DNA of 64,000 nucleotides from an uncultured Oscillospiraceae bacterium (GCA_964448355.1 CAYUWC010000003.1:16983-80982); one strand, 5' to 3'. Counted from the stretch's first letter, positions 48,723-58,571 are shown. Made by a program: numbers and translations. Notes: generated from the sequence alone by a model not told the origin.

Positions 48723-50255
48723 TCAAGGGGTTTTGATAATTTTTTTTATTTTATCAAAACACAAGATCGAAACATAGATCAAAACGCACACCGAAATCAT
48801 TAAAAACACCGAGACATCCGCATTTATAATCTCGAAGAAAGTGAATGGGATCAAGACAGATGTTAAAGCGGAAAGAAGCGGAAAAAGAAAAATATCAGCG
48901 ACCGGAACGTCGATTTCGGAAAGCTTAAGAAAGCGGTTGATCGAAAGCGTGCCGTTAAGAACGGTGCTGACGTAAGTAACGATAAGAAAGCCGTCGAAGC
49001 CTGTTTTCGGAAGCAAAAACACCACCATAAGCACGCGAATGACCGAATCGAGGATGTTGATCTTCATAGTCGAGACCTGTCCGTTAAGGCCTTTGATCAG
49101 CGAATCCACGACGTTGTCAAGATACATAAGCGGAACGAGCGGTGCGAGCAAGCGGATATATCCGGAGGCTTCCGTTGAAGAGAAGAGTTCTTTGCCGAGA
49201 GGTTCGGCAAAAAACAGGAAAACGCACATAACGAACACGGAAAATATCAGTGTTATTTTAACAGACCTGACGGCAACGTCCTCGATCTTTTTTTTGTCGG
49301 ACGTCTCGTATGCTTCTGCAATTTCGGGAACTATGAGCCGTGAAAACGAAGAAATGAGCGTTGCAGGAAAAAAAATAACGGGAGTTACCATGCCCTTAAA
49401 CATACCGAGAACGGAGAGTGCCTGTGAGTCGCTCATACCGAATTTACGAAATCCGACGGGGACCATAAGGCTTTCGAACATCGTAAGACCGGAGCGTATA
49501 TATGCGCTGAATGCGGACGGAAGTGAGATCGAAAGGAATTTTTTCGTAACACCCCTGTTTGTTTTCGGGTTTGAGCCGAGCGCTAATTTCCGTTTTTCGA
49601 TGTTATACAAAACAAGAGCGACTATGCATGACAGAGTTTCACCCGCAGCGGAGCCGGAAACGAGGGCCACGACGCCGTTGACAATACTGTTGTTTAACCG
49701 ATCGCCGAAAAAGAACGTAACAAGAAAAAACATTACCGCTATTTTAGTGACGTCCTCGGTAATTTGAACGACGACCGACCGTGAGATCTTGCGCATAGCC
49801 GTAAACGCGCCGTGAAGTCCCGACGCTATCGACAGGCACGGCAGACCGAAGCAAATTATACGCAGCGGCAGTACGGCGGCGCTGTCTTTTATCCAATAAA
49901 CGCTTATCGGCTCGGCAAAGAACCACAGCAGAGCGCAGGCGAATGTGCCGAAAGCCGCAGAGTACAAAAAGCAACGGCGCATTATACCGCGAACGGCGCC
50001 TGCGTTGTTTTTTGCGAGAGCTTCCGTTACAAGACGTGCTGATGCGAGATTAACAGACGACACCGCCAATGTACACGCCGGAAGATATACAGAATAAACG
50101 AGAGAATAAAGCCCCATTCCCTCAGAGCCGATCTTGTTTGATATCCAGACGCGAAAAGATGTTGAAATAATGCTTAAAACAACGGACGAGAGGGAGTAAA
50201 GCAATAAGTCTTTTGCAAATTTTGAACGAAAAATATTTCCGATATATATCACCAC
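48723..50255 (-). CDS. MOP-superfamily flippase (SpoVB/MurJ-like polysaccharide biosynthesis protein)
   Basis: 510 aa with about 14 TM segments and a SpoVB-like N-terminal region. Confidence 0.75.
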   Translation of the reverse strand: MVIYIGNIFRSKFAKDLLLYSLSSVVLSIISTSFRVWISNKIGSEGMGLYSLVYSVYLPACTLAVSSVNLASARLVTEALAKNNAGAVRGIMRRCFLYSAAFGTFACALLWFFAEPISVYWIKDSAAVLPLRIICFGLPCLSIASGLHGAFTAMRKISRSVVVQITEDVTKIAVMFFLVTFFFGDRLNNSIVNGVVALVSGSAAGETLSCIVALVLYNIEKRKLALGSNPKTNRGVTKKFLSISLPSAFSAYIRSGLTMFESLMVPVGFRKFGMSDSQALSVLGMFKGMVTPVIFFPATLISSFSRLIVPEIAEAYETSDKKKIEDVAVRSVKITLIFSVFVMCVFLFFAEPLGKELFSSTEASGYIRLLAPLVPLMYLDNVVDSLIKGLNGQVSTMKINILDSVIRVLMVVFLLPKTGFDGFLIVTYVSTVLNGTLSINRFLKLSEIDVPVADIFLFPLLSALTSVLIPFTFFEIINADVSVFLMISVCVLIYVSILCFDKIKKIIKTP

Positions 50256-50332
50256 ATATTGAGATCATCTTTGTTCAAATATATGCGCAGACCATTTTTA
50301 ATATACAGTTTGATCGAAACTGCCGAGATATG

Positions 50333-51853
50333 TTATTCAAATGCTTTAAAGATAACATTGTCCGGCAGTTTTTTTGTAAAAGCGCTGACTGTCGGAACAA
50401 CTACAAACGACACTGCCATTGCGGCAACGCCGCAAAGAGCGGTATCGAGAGCGACTGCCGGTGCGAGCAACGAAACAACAAAGTTTACGGCGAACACGAA
50501 TATGCCCGAAATTAAGCCGCACCATGCGCCTGTTCGAGTTGTTTTTTTTGAATAAAGCGCCCAGAAATACGGACCGATAAAACAGCCTGATACAACGCCC
50601 CATGAAAACGACATGATCGAGACGATTATCGAAAAATCGAACAGTGCGAATATAAGAGAAAGTATGATAAACGCAAAGCAAAGTGTTCGCGTTACAAGCA
50701 TTTGGTTTTTCCGGTCGGGTTGTGTTTTCTTTTTAACAACATTCAAAAGATCCACGCTGACCGCGGTAGCGGATGTTAAAACAATGGAAGACAATGTCGA
50801 GATCGAAGCAGAGAGAACGCAAAGCAGAATGACACTCAAAAAGATATTTCCGATTATCGACGAAGAAAAGGCGGTGTTAAGCATTGTCGGAACAATATTA
50901 TCGTAGCCGCCTGCAAGGTCGGGTGCCCCCGAAGCATCGGTATCAACAAAAAATCTGCCGAGAGAGCCTGCAAAGTATGCGCCGCAGCCGATGATAAGGC
51001 AAAACAGCGTTGAGATCACTGCGCCTTTTTTGACTTCGTGCTCGTCTTTGATCGCATAATATTTATGTATCATTTGCGGAAGTCCCCACGTACCGAAGCT
51101 TGTCAGAAGAATATTGGAAAGCAAAAAGGACGCATTGTCTCCTCCGAACAGGCTTGTAAGCGCGGGATCGGTTTGTTTGAGCGAAGATACCGCATTTGAA
51201 AAGCCGCCGACATTCGGGTCGTTAACAAGCGCCACGCACATGATTATTACGCCGCCGATCATAATAATGCCTTGAACAAGATTGCTTATCGCGGACGCAA
51301 TATAACCTCCCAAAACGAGATATACGGCAGCAAGGAGCGCTACGATGATCATACAAAAAACCGTCGGGGAAATGCCGAGTATGTCAGTTGTAAAAACAGA
51401 ACCGAACAAAGAGCCTAAGCCTTTGTAAACGGTTGCGGCGTATGGCACGAGAAACACAAAAATTATCAGTGCGGCATAGATTTTCATACCGTTGCTTGAG
51501 TAACGCGAACCGAAAAATTCGGGCATGGTACGAGAATCGAGATTGCGTGTCATTTTTCTTGTTTTGTTTGCCAACAGTACCCATGCCAAAAGCGAGCCGA
51601 GAATCGCGTTGCCGACGCCTATCCACATCGAAGCAAAGCCCACGTCCCAACCGTGTTTACCGGCATAGCCGATAAAAATAACGGCCGAAAAATAGGTTGT
51701 TCCGTAAGAAAACGCGGATAACCACGCACCTATATTCCGTCCGCCCAACAAAAATCCGTCCAAAGAATGTGTTTTCTTGGACGAGAAGATACCGATAAGT
51801 ACCATAGCAGCCGCAAAAATAACGAGAGCGACACCTGCAATACATTGAGTCAT
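50333..51853 (-). CDS. Sodium:solute symporter family transporter (substrate unknown)
   Basis: 506 aa and polytopic, with an SSS-family pattern (GGRNIGAWLSAFSYGTTYFSAV). Confidence 0.8.
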   Translation of the reverse strand: MTQCIAGVALVIFAAAMVLIGIFSSKKTHSLDGFLLGGRNIGAWLSAFSYGTTYFSAVIFIGYAGKHGWDVGFASMWIGVGNAILGSLLAWVLLANKTRKMTRNLDSRTMPEFFGSRYSSNGMKIYAALIIFVFLVPYAATVYKGLGSLFGSVFTTDILGISPTVFCMIIVALLAAVYLVLGGYIASAISNLVQGIIMIGGVIIMCVALVNDPNVGGFSNAVSSLKQTDPALTSLFGGDNASFLLSNILLTSFGTWGLPQMIHKYYAIKDEHEVKKGAVISTLFCLIIGCGAYFAGSLGRFFVDTDASGAPDLAGGYDNIVPTMLNTAFSSSIIGNIFLSVILLCVLSASISTLSSIVLTSATAVSVDLLNVVKKKTQPDRKNQMLVTRTLCFAFIILSLIFALFDFSIIVSIMSFSWGVVSGCFIGPYFWALYSKKTTRTGAWCGLISGIFVFAVNFVVSLLAPAVALDTALCGVAAMAVSFVVVPTVSAFTKKLPDNVIFKAFE

Positions 51854-52160
51854 TTTAATTTTCCTGCCTTTCCTGCTGTTTGCTACAAAAAAAATTTATT
51901 ATTAATATGCTCCGCCCGACGTTGATCTCCCAAAGACCCCGATTCAGGACCAAGAACATTTTATCCGATTAATATTTTACCATGAAGTAAAAATGCTTGT
52001 TTACATTTCTTGCGCTCAAGTACTCTAAGTGCACTTCGTGCACTTGAACGCAAGGGCATTTTTGCGAGACCGTCATATGCATCCGCAAGCGGATGCTTCA
52101 TAGGGTGTGCGTAGCACACAGAGGGGCGTAGCCCCAAAGCTCGCGCAGCGAGATTTTCTA
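51854..52160 (-). promoter_or_regulatory. ~300-nt structured 5' leader of the symporter gene (unclassified)
   Basis: Consecutive perfect hairpins at 52140-52152, 52123-52135, 52105-52119 and 52079-52096, plus a nested inverted repeat at 52009-52054. Confidence 0.4.
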
Positions 52161-52165
52161 TGTGT

Positions 52166-52194
52166 ATTATACCACATAACCGATGATTTGTAAA
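52166..52194 (-). promoter_or_regulatory. Promoter with extended -10 (TTTACA-17-TGgTATAAT)
   Basis: On the minus strand: tttaca aatcatcggttatgtgg tataat. Confidence 0.6.
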
Positions 52195-52299
52195 CACCTA
52201 TAATTAACAAATATTCGTTGTTTTTTAAACGAGAATATAATACAAAACAGCGAATATATTATTTACAGGAAGAAAAACAAGAAAGAGAGGAAAAACAAA

Positions 52300-53118
52300 T
52301 TGGAAAGGATAAAGCGTTTTATAAAAAAGAATCGTGTGTTTCTTGCGATATTTTGTCTTGCTGCAACGGTATTGGTCTGCGGCATAATACTCTCGCGGGA
52401 TAATGCGCAAGCGGCGTTTGCGGTAAAGGACTGGGGGCTTGCTTTCGGAGAGAAGAACACGACGCCGAGAGGCAATGTTTCGGCGGAAGAGCTAAAAAAG
52501 CACAACGCATATTTTATCGGAGACACAAGCCAAAAGACTATATATTTGACATTCGACGCCGGATACGAAAACGGACAGACGGAGCAGATCCTCGATGTGT
52601 TAAAACAACATAATATAAAAGCGGCCTTTTTTATCGTTTCGCATTATATCAAAACGGAGCCTGCGCTTGTTAAAAGAATGGTCGAGGAGGGGCATATCGT
52701 TGCAAATCACACATATTCGCACCCGGATATGAGCAATATTTCGGATTTCGAGAGTTTTTCCTCCGAGCTTGAACGTTTGGAAGAAATGTATAAAGATGTG
52801 GTCGGGCAGGATATGCCGAAATTTTACCGACCGCCGCAGGGCAAGTTCAGTCAAACCAATCTCGAATATGCAAAGCAGCTCGGATATACGACTGTTTTTT
52901 GGTCGCTTGCGTATTCGGATTGGGACACAACAAAGCAGCCGACCGAGGAGTATGCGCTCGAAAAGCTCAATTCGAGGATACACAACGGTGCGATCGTTTT
53001 GTTGCATTCAACATCTCAAACAAATGCAGATATCCTTGACGAGCTTTTGACCGGGTGGGAGGAACAGGGCTATGTTTTCGGGACGCTTTACGATTTTGTA
53101 AACTCGACAGCACAGTAA
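52300..53118 (+). CDS. pdaA: Delta-lactam-biosynthetic de-N-acetylase-like polysaccharide deacetylase
   Basis: TFDAGYENGQT, HTYSHPDM, FYRPPQGKFS, VFWSLAYSDW and GAIVLLH parallel B. subtilis PdaA. It uses a TTG start with a GAGAGG RBS. Confidence 0.75.
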   Translation: MERIKRFIKKNRVFLAIFCLAATVLVCGIILSRDNAQAAFAVKDWGLAFGEKNTTPRGNVSAEELKKHNAYFIGDTSQKTIYLTFDAGYENGQTEQILDVLKQHNIKAAFFIVSHYIKTEPALVKRMVEEGHIVANHTYSHPDMSNISDFESFSSELERLEEMYKDVVGQDMPKFYRPPQGKFSQTNLEYAKQLGYTTVFWSLAYSDWDTTKQPTEEYALEKLNSRIHNGAIVLLHSTSQTNADILDELLTGWEEQGYVFGTLYDFVNSTAQ

Positions 53119-53360
53119 CAATAAAAAAGCTGCAGATATAAAAACGACATATCGTCTTTGTTGTCAATACCGTGTTTAACAAATTCCTCATACACATCGG
53201 AACCGTCAAAAAGCACTGTATTTCTCAACCACAGACCCATCGATAAATGATATTTGAACACGCACTTAAAACCGTTGGACAAAAACTCGTTCACTTTCTT
53301 TTTTCCGAGCGATTCCGCCACTTGGCGAAAACTTTTTTCCGTTGCCGAAAATAATATCAT
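53088..53360 (-). CDS. Hypothetical small protein
   Basis: A ~90-aa ORF convergent with, and overlapping, the 3' end of pdaA. No family was recognised. Confidence 0.4.
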   Translation of the reverse strand: MILFSATEKSFRQVAESLGKKKVNEFLSNGFKCVFKYHLSMGLWLRNTVLFDGSDVYEEFVKHGIDNKDDMSFLYLQLFYCYCAVEFTKS

Positions 53361-53542
53361 ACTTATAACCAAGCTTTCCGAAGAATTGGGGCTGATTTTT
53401 GCAGGTCAACATCTTGAAATGTTCACAAAACCGAGTCCGAAATTCATTTCCGGACTTTGCACCCTATAATATTATAACGGATATTCCGTTAAAAGTCAAC
53501 AACGGATATACCGTTATGGCAAAATATCAGAAGGTGATGAAA

Positions 53543-53779
53543 ATGTTTGAAAGAATCAGGAATTTAAGGGAAGACAAAGACATAACGCAGAAAGAAATGG
53601 CGAAGATACTTTCCGTTGCGCAAACGACATACAGTGACTATGAGCTTGGCAAGCTGAATATACCGTTGCAAACGCTTATTTCGCTTGCGCTTTTTCACAA
53701 CACGAGTATTGACTATCTTTTGGACTTAACAGACGAAAAAAGTCCCTACAAGCGCAAAGAAAAGCCGAACGTTTATTGA
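53543..53779 (+). CDS. XRE-family helix-turn-helix transcriptional regulator
   Basis: MFERIRNLREDKDITQKEMAKILSVAQTTYSDYELGK. The RBS AGAAGGTG lies upstream of ATG 53543. Confidence 0.8.
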   Translation: MFERIRNLREDKDITQKEMAKILSVAQTTYSDYELGKLNIPLQTLISLALFHNTSIDYLLDLTDEKSPYKRKEKPNVY

Positions 53780-54192
53780 TCCAGACAAATATCGCAAAAC
53801 GCCGCTGCGGTTTCGGAAAACATTTTTCCGGTTCTCGACAGATCGCCGAGAGAAACGACGCCGACCACCTTATTTTTTTCGGTGACGGGTAATCTTCGCA
53901 CTTTTGCGCGAGACATAAGCCGAGAGGCTTCGATAGGCGAATGGTCCGGGGAAAGGGTGACGATATTTGTTGTCATAATATCCGAAGCGTGAAGATCTTG
54001 GATATCGTCCGGGCGTGTAACAGCTCGCAGCACGATATCTCTGTCGGTTATTATGCCTGTAAGATTGCCGTCGGCATCGGTAACGGGAATAAAGCCGGTA
54101 TTATTTGTTTGCATATAAGAAGCGACTGCCTTAAGCGAATCGTTTTCGGAAGCACAGCACACGTTTGCGGTCATAATTTCTCTTATTTTCAT
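53773..54192 (-). CDS. CBS domain pair protein
   Basis: Two CBS motifs (IPVTDADGNLTGIITDRDI and LPVTEKNKVVGVVSLGDL). Length is 139 aa. Confidence 0.85.
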   Translation of the reverse strand: MKIREIMTANVCCASENDSLKAVASYMQTNNTGFIPVTDADGNLTGIITDRDIVLRAVTRPDDIQDLHASDIMTTNIVTLSPDHSPIEASRLMSRAKVRRLPVTEKNKVVGVVSLGDLSRTGKMFSETAAAFCDICLDQ

Positions 54193-54266
54193 AAAAAACT
54201 CCTCCGTTTCAGGTGTTAATCTGTCCTAAAACGGAGGAATTATTCTTTTTAGCTCAATTTAATGTT

Positions 54267-55664
54267 TTATTTACCCCAAAGAGCTTCCATACCGAGTTGA
54301 GTGGGGATAATAACTTCTTCAAACAACGATTCGTAAATATCCTCGTTGGCTTCAAGGCCACGTGCCAGAGAATCGCCGTCGGAAAGAGCTTCGGATACAA
54401 TACGTGCGCCTTCTTCATAGAATGCGTATTGCGTATTTTGGAACATATTGAGGAACACTTTTGCGTCACGCGGATCGAAGAAATCGTACTTGGAAAGGTA
54501 TGCCACGATATCCTCTTCCGTTTCGTAGCCGGGAAGCGGTTCGTAAAGCTCGTTAAGAACAATAGCGGAAGCTTCGACATCGGAAGAAGAGTACGGTATT
54601 GCGATTACGTAAGACAAGCCTTCGTGTACGCTCGGATACACATCGGGATCGGCATTGGGTCCCCACGGGAACGGAACAAGACCGAGGTTGTCCATTTGAT
54701 AAGACAGAGCCTCGTTACCTACGACATAAAACGACCATGTCGGGTAAAGAACCGCTTGACCGTTAATAAATGCTTGAGACGTTGTTGCGTTGTCCCACGC
54801 AGGATAGAAGCAGTTCTTGTGCGTAACATACATTATATCGACGCCGCGGGAATAAGCGGCTTTGGCACTTTCGGTGTACCAACCGCAGATATATTCGCCG
54901 TTATCGTCAACTTCAACGAGCCTATTGCCGTTTGAACGCATAAACATTTCTCCGTAATACGGAGGATGGACGGACATACCGTAAACTTTAACGCCGTTAA
55001 GCTCGGTCGTGTAAAGATCAAGGACTTCTTCAAGTCTGTCCCATGTCCATGATTTATCTTCGACATATTCTCTCGGATCCGTAGCGCCCATGGTAGCGAT
55101 CAGATTTTCGTTTACAAGGACGGGATAACCGGAGTTGCCGTACAACAATTCGGGCCAAGAAGCGGGGAGCACTGCGTAGAGGTCATCCTGCCAGAAAAGG
55201 GCCTCAAGCATATTTTTTGTGCCCCATTTAAACGTATCCGTATAATCGATATAATCGGAAAGTGTTGAAATACCGACAAGAATACCGGAACGCATGAGCG
55301 AAACTATACCGTTACTGCCCTCCATGATCGCGTCGCAATAAAAAGAGCCTGCCATGGTAGACGCGAAGAGGGTAGCGGTATGTGAATCGTGATTGATTTT
55401 TATTGTACAATTTAACTTCTTTTCGATTTCGTCCAGACGTACTTTTACAGCATCGGCAAAAAGGGAATCGGGCAGATAACCGAGAACGGTATCGTCCGTT
55501 ACGATAACGCCGTACGTAAATGTGAACCCGTCAAGGTTATACACATTGCCGTCGGAGGTAAAATCGATATCGAATGTTTCATCTATGGATTGTGCGCAGG
55601 AAGTGATTGCGAAAACGAGGGAAAGAAGTAAAAGCACGGAGATCAAATGCTTTAAATGTTTCAT
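54267..55664 (-). CDS. Solute-binding-protein-like lipoprotein, paralog 3
   Basis: Lipobox (LSLVFAITSCAQ). It is collinear in similarity with 30828-32273 (LPDSLFADA, LSDYIDYTD, DPREYVEDKSWTW, ELYEPLPGYETEEDI). Confidence 0.7.
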   Translation of the reverse strand: MKHLKHLISVLLLLSLVFAITSCAQSIDETFDIDFTSDGNVYNLDGFTFTYGVIVTDDTVLGYLPDSLFADAVKVRLDEIEKKLNCTIKINHDSHTATLFASTMAGSFYCDAIMEGSNGIVSLMRSGILVGISTLSDYIDYTDTFKWGTKNMLEALFWQDDLYAVLPASWPELLYGNSGYPVLVNENLIATMGATDPREYVEDKSWTWDRLEEVLDLYTTELNGVKVYGMSVHPPYYGEMFMRSNGNRLVEVDDNGEYICGWYTESAKAAYSRGVDIMYVTHKNCFYPAWDNATTSQAFINGQAVLYPTWSFYVVGNEALSYQMDNLGLVPFPWGPNADPDVYPSVHEGLSYVIAIPYSSSDVEASAIVLNELYEPLPGYETEEDIVAYLSKYDFFDPRDAKVFLNMFQNTQYAFYEEGARIVSEALSDGDSLARGLEANEDIYESLFEEVIIPTQLGMEALWGK

Positions 55665-55678
55665 TACAGCCGCCTTTC

Positions 55679-56116
55679 TCAATAATCACTGACTGTTACA
55701 ATGACCGTGCATTCTCCAAGAGTGCCTTTTGTTAAATCGGAATAAATATTATAATTGATCATATAACCGCCCGATGACGACGGAACATACAGAAGATTGT
55801 ATGCGATACCGAAATCTTTTGTTATTGCGTTGGGGAAACGGTCGGAATAGAAATCAAGGATCGATTGATAGTCTGCCTTGGAGTTAAAAACGATCTCGTA
55901 CGAGAAGTAGTTGCTTGTACCTTTATCGGTTACAGAAACGATCTCCTCTACGAAATATAACGGACAGTCTTCTGTCGAAAATCCTTCCGGGAGCTTTGCG
56001 AGTTCCGTACTGCTTATCTCGGTTCCGTCCGCAGAGGAATCGGAACAGGAGGGCAAAAGAACGGCGAAAACAAAGCAAAGGGAAAGAACTAATATTTTTA
56101 CATTTATTTTTTTCAT
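55679..56116 (-). CDS. Hypothetical small lipoprotein
   Basis: MKKINVKILVLSLCFVFAVLLPSCSD gives a lipobox. Its stop lies 14 nt before the start of SBP paralog 3. Confidence 0.6.
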   Translation of the reverse strand: MKKINVKILVLSLCFVFAVLLPSCSDSSADGTEISSTELAKLPEGFSTEDCPLYFVEEIVSVTDKGTSNYFSYEIVFNSKADYQSILDFYSDRFPNAITKDFGIAYNLLYVPSSSGGYMINYNIYSDLTKGTLGECTVIVTVSDY

Positions 56117-56280
56117 CGAAACATCCTTATCCTTCAATCAAATTTTTAAAATTCGGAGCATGACCTTATCGATTGCAGATATCTCCGTCTTTAGGCTGTG
56201 TTAAGTTCCGGGTCAATATACATTTGACTGTTTTACACTAAGAAATGTTCCGTAATTAAATCGAGAAACAAAAAAACAGA

Positions 56281-56318
56281 GAAAAACAGGGAGAATATTT
56301 AAACAAACATCCTCCCTG
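56281..56318 (-). terminator. Intrinsic terminator of the 452-aa lipoprotein gene
   Basis: On the minus strand: cagggag...ctccctg followed by a T-run. Confidence 0.65.
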
Positions 56319-56354
56319 ATCATCAACTTAAATAAGTTGTCAAACGATTTTAAA

Positions 56355-57713
56355 TTATTCTACTTCGGGAACAGATGCAAGGATAAGATCGGAGGGAATA
56401 GAAATAGCTTCAAGGTAAGCATCCCAATATTCGATATTGGTTTCTATTCTCTTGGAAGTATTACCTGCACTGACAGCATTCTTAGCTTCTTCACAAAGTT
56501 CGTCAACAGTCTTGTTTGCGTCAAGAGCAACGGAAACGTAGAGATCGGAATCAACTTCGATTCTGCCGCAGCTTACTGTCCAATACAAAGTATCGTCGGT
56601 AGGCTCGGAAGTGCCGTTCTGGCGCTTAAGCATATCAGCTTCGCTGTTATAGAAAGTAACGTACTGTTTTCTCTTGGGAGAAACAACGTAATTGAAGCCG
56701 TCGCCTTCAACGATCATAAGGTTTTGTTTTTCATCATAAGTAAGTTTGCCGTATACTTTACCTGCAAGGTAGAAAGTTCCGTCTTTTGTGAAGGTGATCT
56801 TTCTTGCTACGGTGCTGTAGTTTGCAAAGTAGTCCATAACTTCGGCGCCGGTACCGTTGGGGTAAGTAAGGGTAGAAACTATACCGTAGGGATACCAAGT
56901 GGTAGAAGCGTTCGTTTCAGCATATTTGAAGCCTCTTTCGATGGTAACGATCTTATAGTCTTGGAATACGAGGGGAGAGTTTGCACCGATAACCGTAAGA
57001 GTAACGTTAAGGGTCATGTTTGTAACATCGTCATCTTCCTGAATCTGCTGAGCGAGGATCTCGGTAAGATTGAATGCAAAGTGACCTGTTTCATCGGTAT
57101 CGTTTTGAGCAAGGAGAGAATAAGCGGGTTTCTGCGAAGCACCGGACATTTTCCATTTAACGCCGCTGCTGGAGATAACGTCGATAACAGCGATAAGATC
57201 AACTGTAAGATCAACGGGGAGCTTTGTTCTCATTGTGATGTTTTGCGTGGAGGTTTCGTCGCCTTCACCGATAGTTGCGGTAACTTTTGTGCCGTCAATA
57301 TCGCAAAGGAGTTTTTTTGCTGTGTAACGAGTGTTAACATCTTCAGCTTCCTGATCGTATACGGGAACGAATGTGTCAACGCCGCCGACACCGTTAGCTG
57401 CATTGCTTTCAACGATAAAGATAAGATCGTTGAGAGTTGTTGTAACTTTTGCATTGTCGTCGAGAAGACCGAGGTTAAGGGGCAATCTGTTGTAGTTGCC
57501 TGCATCGCCGCCGGAATACTCGTCGGGGTTTACAACAAGTCTGCAAGTGTGGGAGGAGCTGTCGGGAAGCCTGAGCCAACGCTGCTGGGTCTCGGAAGAG
57601 TCTTTAAGATCGGAGCTCTTTATGCCATTGTTCTTGATGCCTCCGGAGCCGCATCCTGCAAGAAGACTCATTGCAAGAACTAAGACCAGCGTAATCGAAA
57701 CGAATTTTTTCAT
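56355..57713 (-). CDS. Hypothetical large lipoprotein (no recognisable family)
   Basis: MKKFVSITLVLVLAMSLLAGCGSGG gives a lipobox. Length is 452 aa, T/N/D-rich. Confidence 0.65.
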   Translation of the reverse strand: MKKFVSITLVLVLAMSLLAGCGSGGIKNNGIKSSDLKDSSETQQRWLRLPDSSSHTCRLVVNPDEYSGGDAGNYNRLPLNLGLLDDNAKVTTTLNDLIFIVESNAANGVGGVDTFVPVYDQEAEDVNTRYTAKKLLCDIDGTKVTATIGEGDETSTQNITMRTKLPVDLTVDLIAVIDVISSSGVKWKMSGASQKPAYSLLAQNDTDETGHFAFNLTEILAQQIQEDDDVTNMTLNVTLTVIGANSPLVFQDYKIVTIERGFKYAETNASTTWYPYGIVSTLTYPNGTGAEVMDYFANYSTVARKITFTKDGTFYLAGKVYGKLTYDEKQNLMIVEGDGFNYVVSPKRKQYVTFYNSEADMLKRQNGTSEPTDDTLYWTVSCGRIEVDSDLYVSVALDANKTVDELCEEAKNAVSAGNTSKRIETNIEYWDAYLEAISIPSDLILASVPEVE

Positions 57714-57804
57714 ACCATATTCATCCTTTCTGATTTTAATATGTCAAATCTTCTCGTACAAGAAGGATTACATATTCTGATGTCTGTTTTTGTGGTATAT
57801 ATAC

Positions 57805-57833
57805 ATTCTACTATACAGACACAAATTTGTCAA
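57805..57833 (-). promoter_or_regulatory. Promoter of the 452-aa lipoprotein gene (TTGACA-17-TAGAAT)
   Basis: Hexamers and spacing were read on the minus strand. It overlaps the inverted repeat tgtctgt...acagaca. Confidence 0.55.
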
Positions 57834-57920
57834 GAGTTTTTTGTTGGTCATCTTAACCAAATTTCGGGTCAAAAAAAACCTTTTTTTTGGAACCCCTCTA
57901 TTTCTGACATTTTTGTGACA

Positions 57921-58226
57921 TTAGGCGGTCGCCTTATCGTCCGCCAAAGCTCTTTCGAGCCAGATATCGGCCAATACCATAGCCTGATACAATCCTGTTT
58001 TTTCCGAACGTTTGACAATACGGTCGACGGCTTTGACGTCGGGGTCCGTAAGTTGAAGCTGTACGGAGATTTTACGTGACAGATTGAAACCGTCAAAGTC
58101 CTCCGTGGACAAAATCTGAAGCATAACGACGTATTTTTCGCCGGGGTTGCCGTAATATATCATATTACCCATACGAACCAAAGCTCTCCCCTTGAAGGTG
58201 AGAAATTCCGTTTTCTTGTCTGCCAC
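57921..58226 (-). CDS. Hypothetical conserved-looking small protein
   Basis: GTG start preceded by AAAGGGGGA. Length is 101 aa, with no TM segment. Confidence 0.5.
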   Translation of the reverse strand: MADKKTEFLTFKGRALVRMGNMIYYGNPGEKYVVMLQILSTEDFDGFNLSRKISVQLQLTDPDVKAVDRIVKRSEKTGLYQAMVLADIWLERALADDKATA

Positions 58227-58266
58227 AAACAGTCCCCCTTTCTGAATATATCTTTTGAATACATAT

Positions 58267-58295
58267 AGTATACCACAATAAAAAAATATTGTCAA
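58267..58295 (-). promoter_or_regulatory. Promoter with extended -10 (TTGACA-17-TGgTATACT)
   Basis: Read directly on the minus strand upstream of 57921-58226. Confidence 0.55.
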
Positions 58296-58315
58296 GGTTT
58301 ATTGCAAATATTCCC

Positions 58316-58344
58316 TTGACTTTTCCACTATATTTTGCTAAAAT
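58316..58344 (+). promoter_or_regulatory. Divergent plus-strand promoter (TTGACT-17-TAAAAT)
   Basis: Hexamers and spacing were read from the sequence. A terminator hairpin follows about 17 nt later. Confidence 0.45.
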
Positions 58345-58360
58345 GTATACGGATATGTAA

Positions 58361-58394
58361 GCAGATCCTTTCTCGGGCGGGATCTGCAGTTTTT
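58361..58394 (+). terminator. Hairpin plus T-run directly downstream of the 58316 promoter
   Basis: Stem gcagatcc/ggatctgc followed by agTTTTT. Confidence 0.5.
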
Positions 58395-58403
58395 AAAGTG
58401 CCG

Positions 58404-58571
58404 TCAAAGATTTTTCGTGACGGTACACCAACCGTTTTTCATAAGTTTTTTTACGCACTTCATCCTGTCTTTATCGCAGGCGACCATAGCAGCGGCGCTC
58501 ATCGCCGAACCTGCGAGGATACCGAGAGCCATGCCTTTTATGAAAGACGATTTATTTTTACGGAAAAACAT
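58404..58571 (-). CDS. Possible small single-TM protein (55 aa from the ATG with an AAGGAG RBS)
   Basis: MFFRKNKSSFIKGMALGILAGSAMSAAAMVAC... The RBS-to-start spacing is rather long, at 11 nt. Confidence 0.35.
   Translation of the reverse strand: MFFRKNKSSFIKGMALGILAGSAMSAAAMVACDKDRMKCVKKLMKNGWCTVTKNL

Noticed and set aside
51961-52197. A 78-aa ORF inside the symporter leader.
   Set aside because: There is no RBS. The reading frame is generated by GC-rich palindromes and overlaps the promoter, so it is better explained as structured RNA or DNA.
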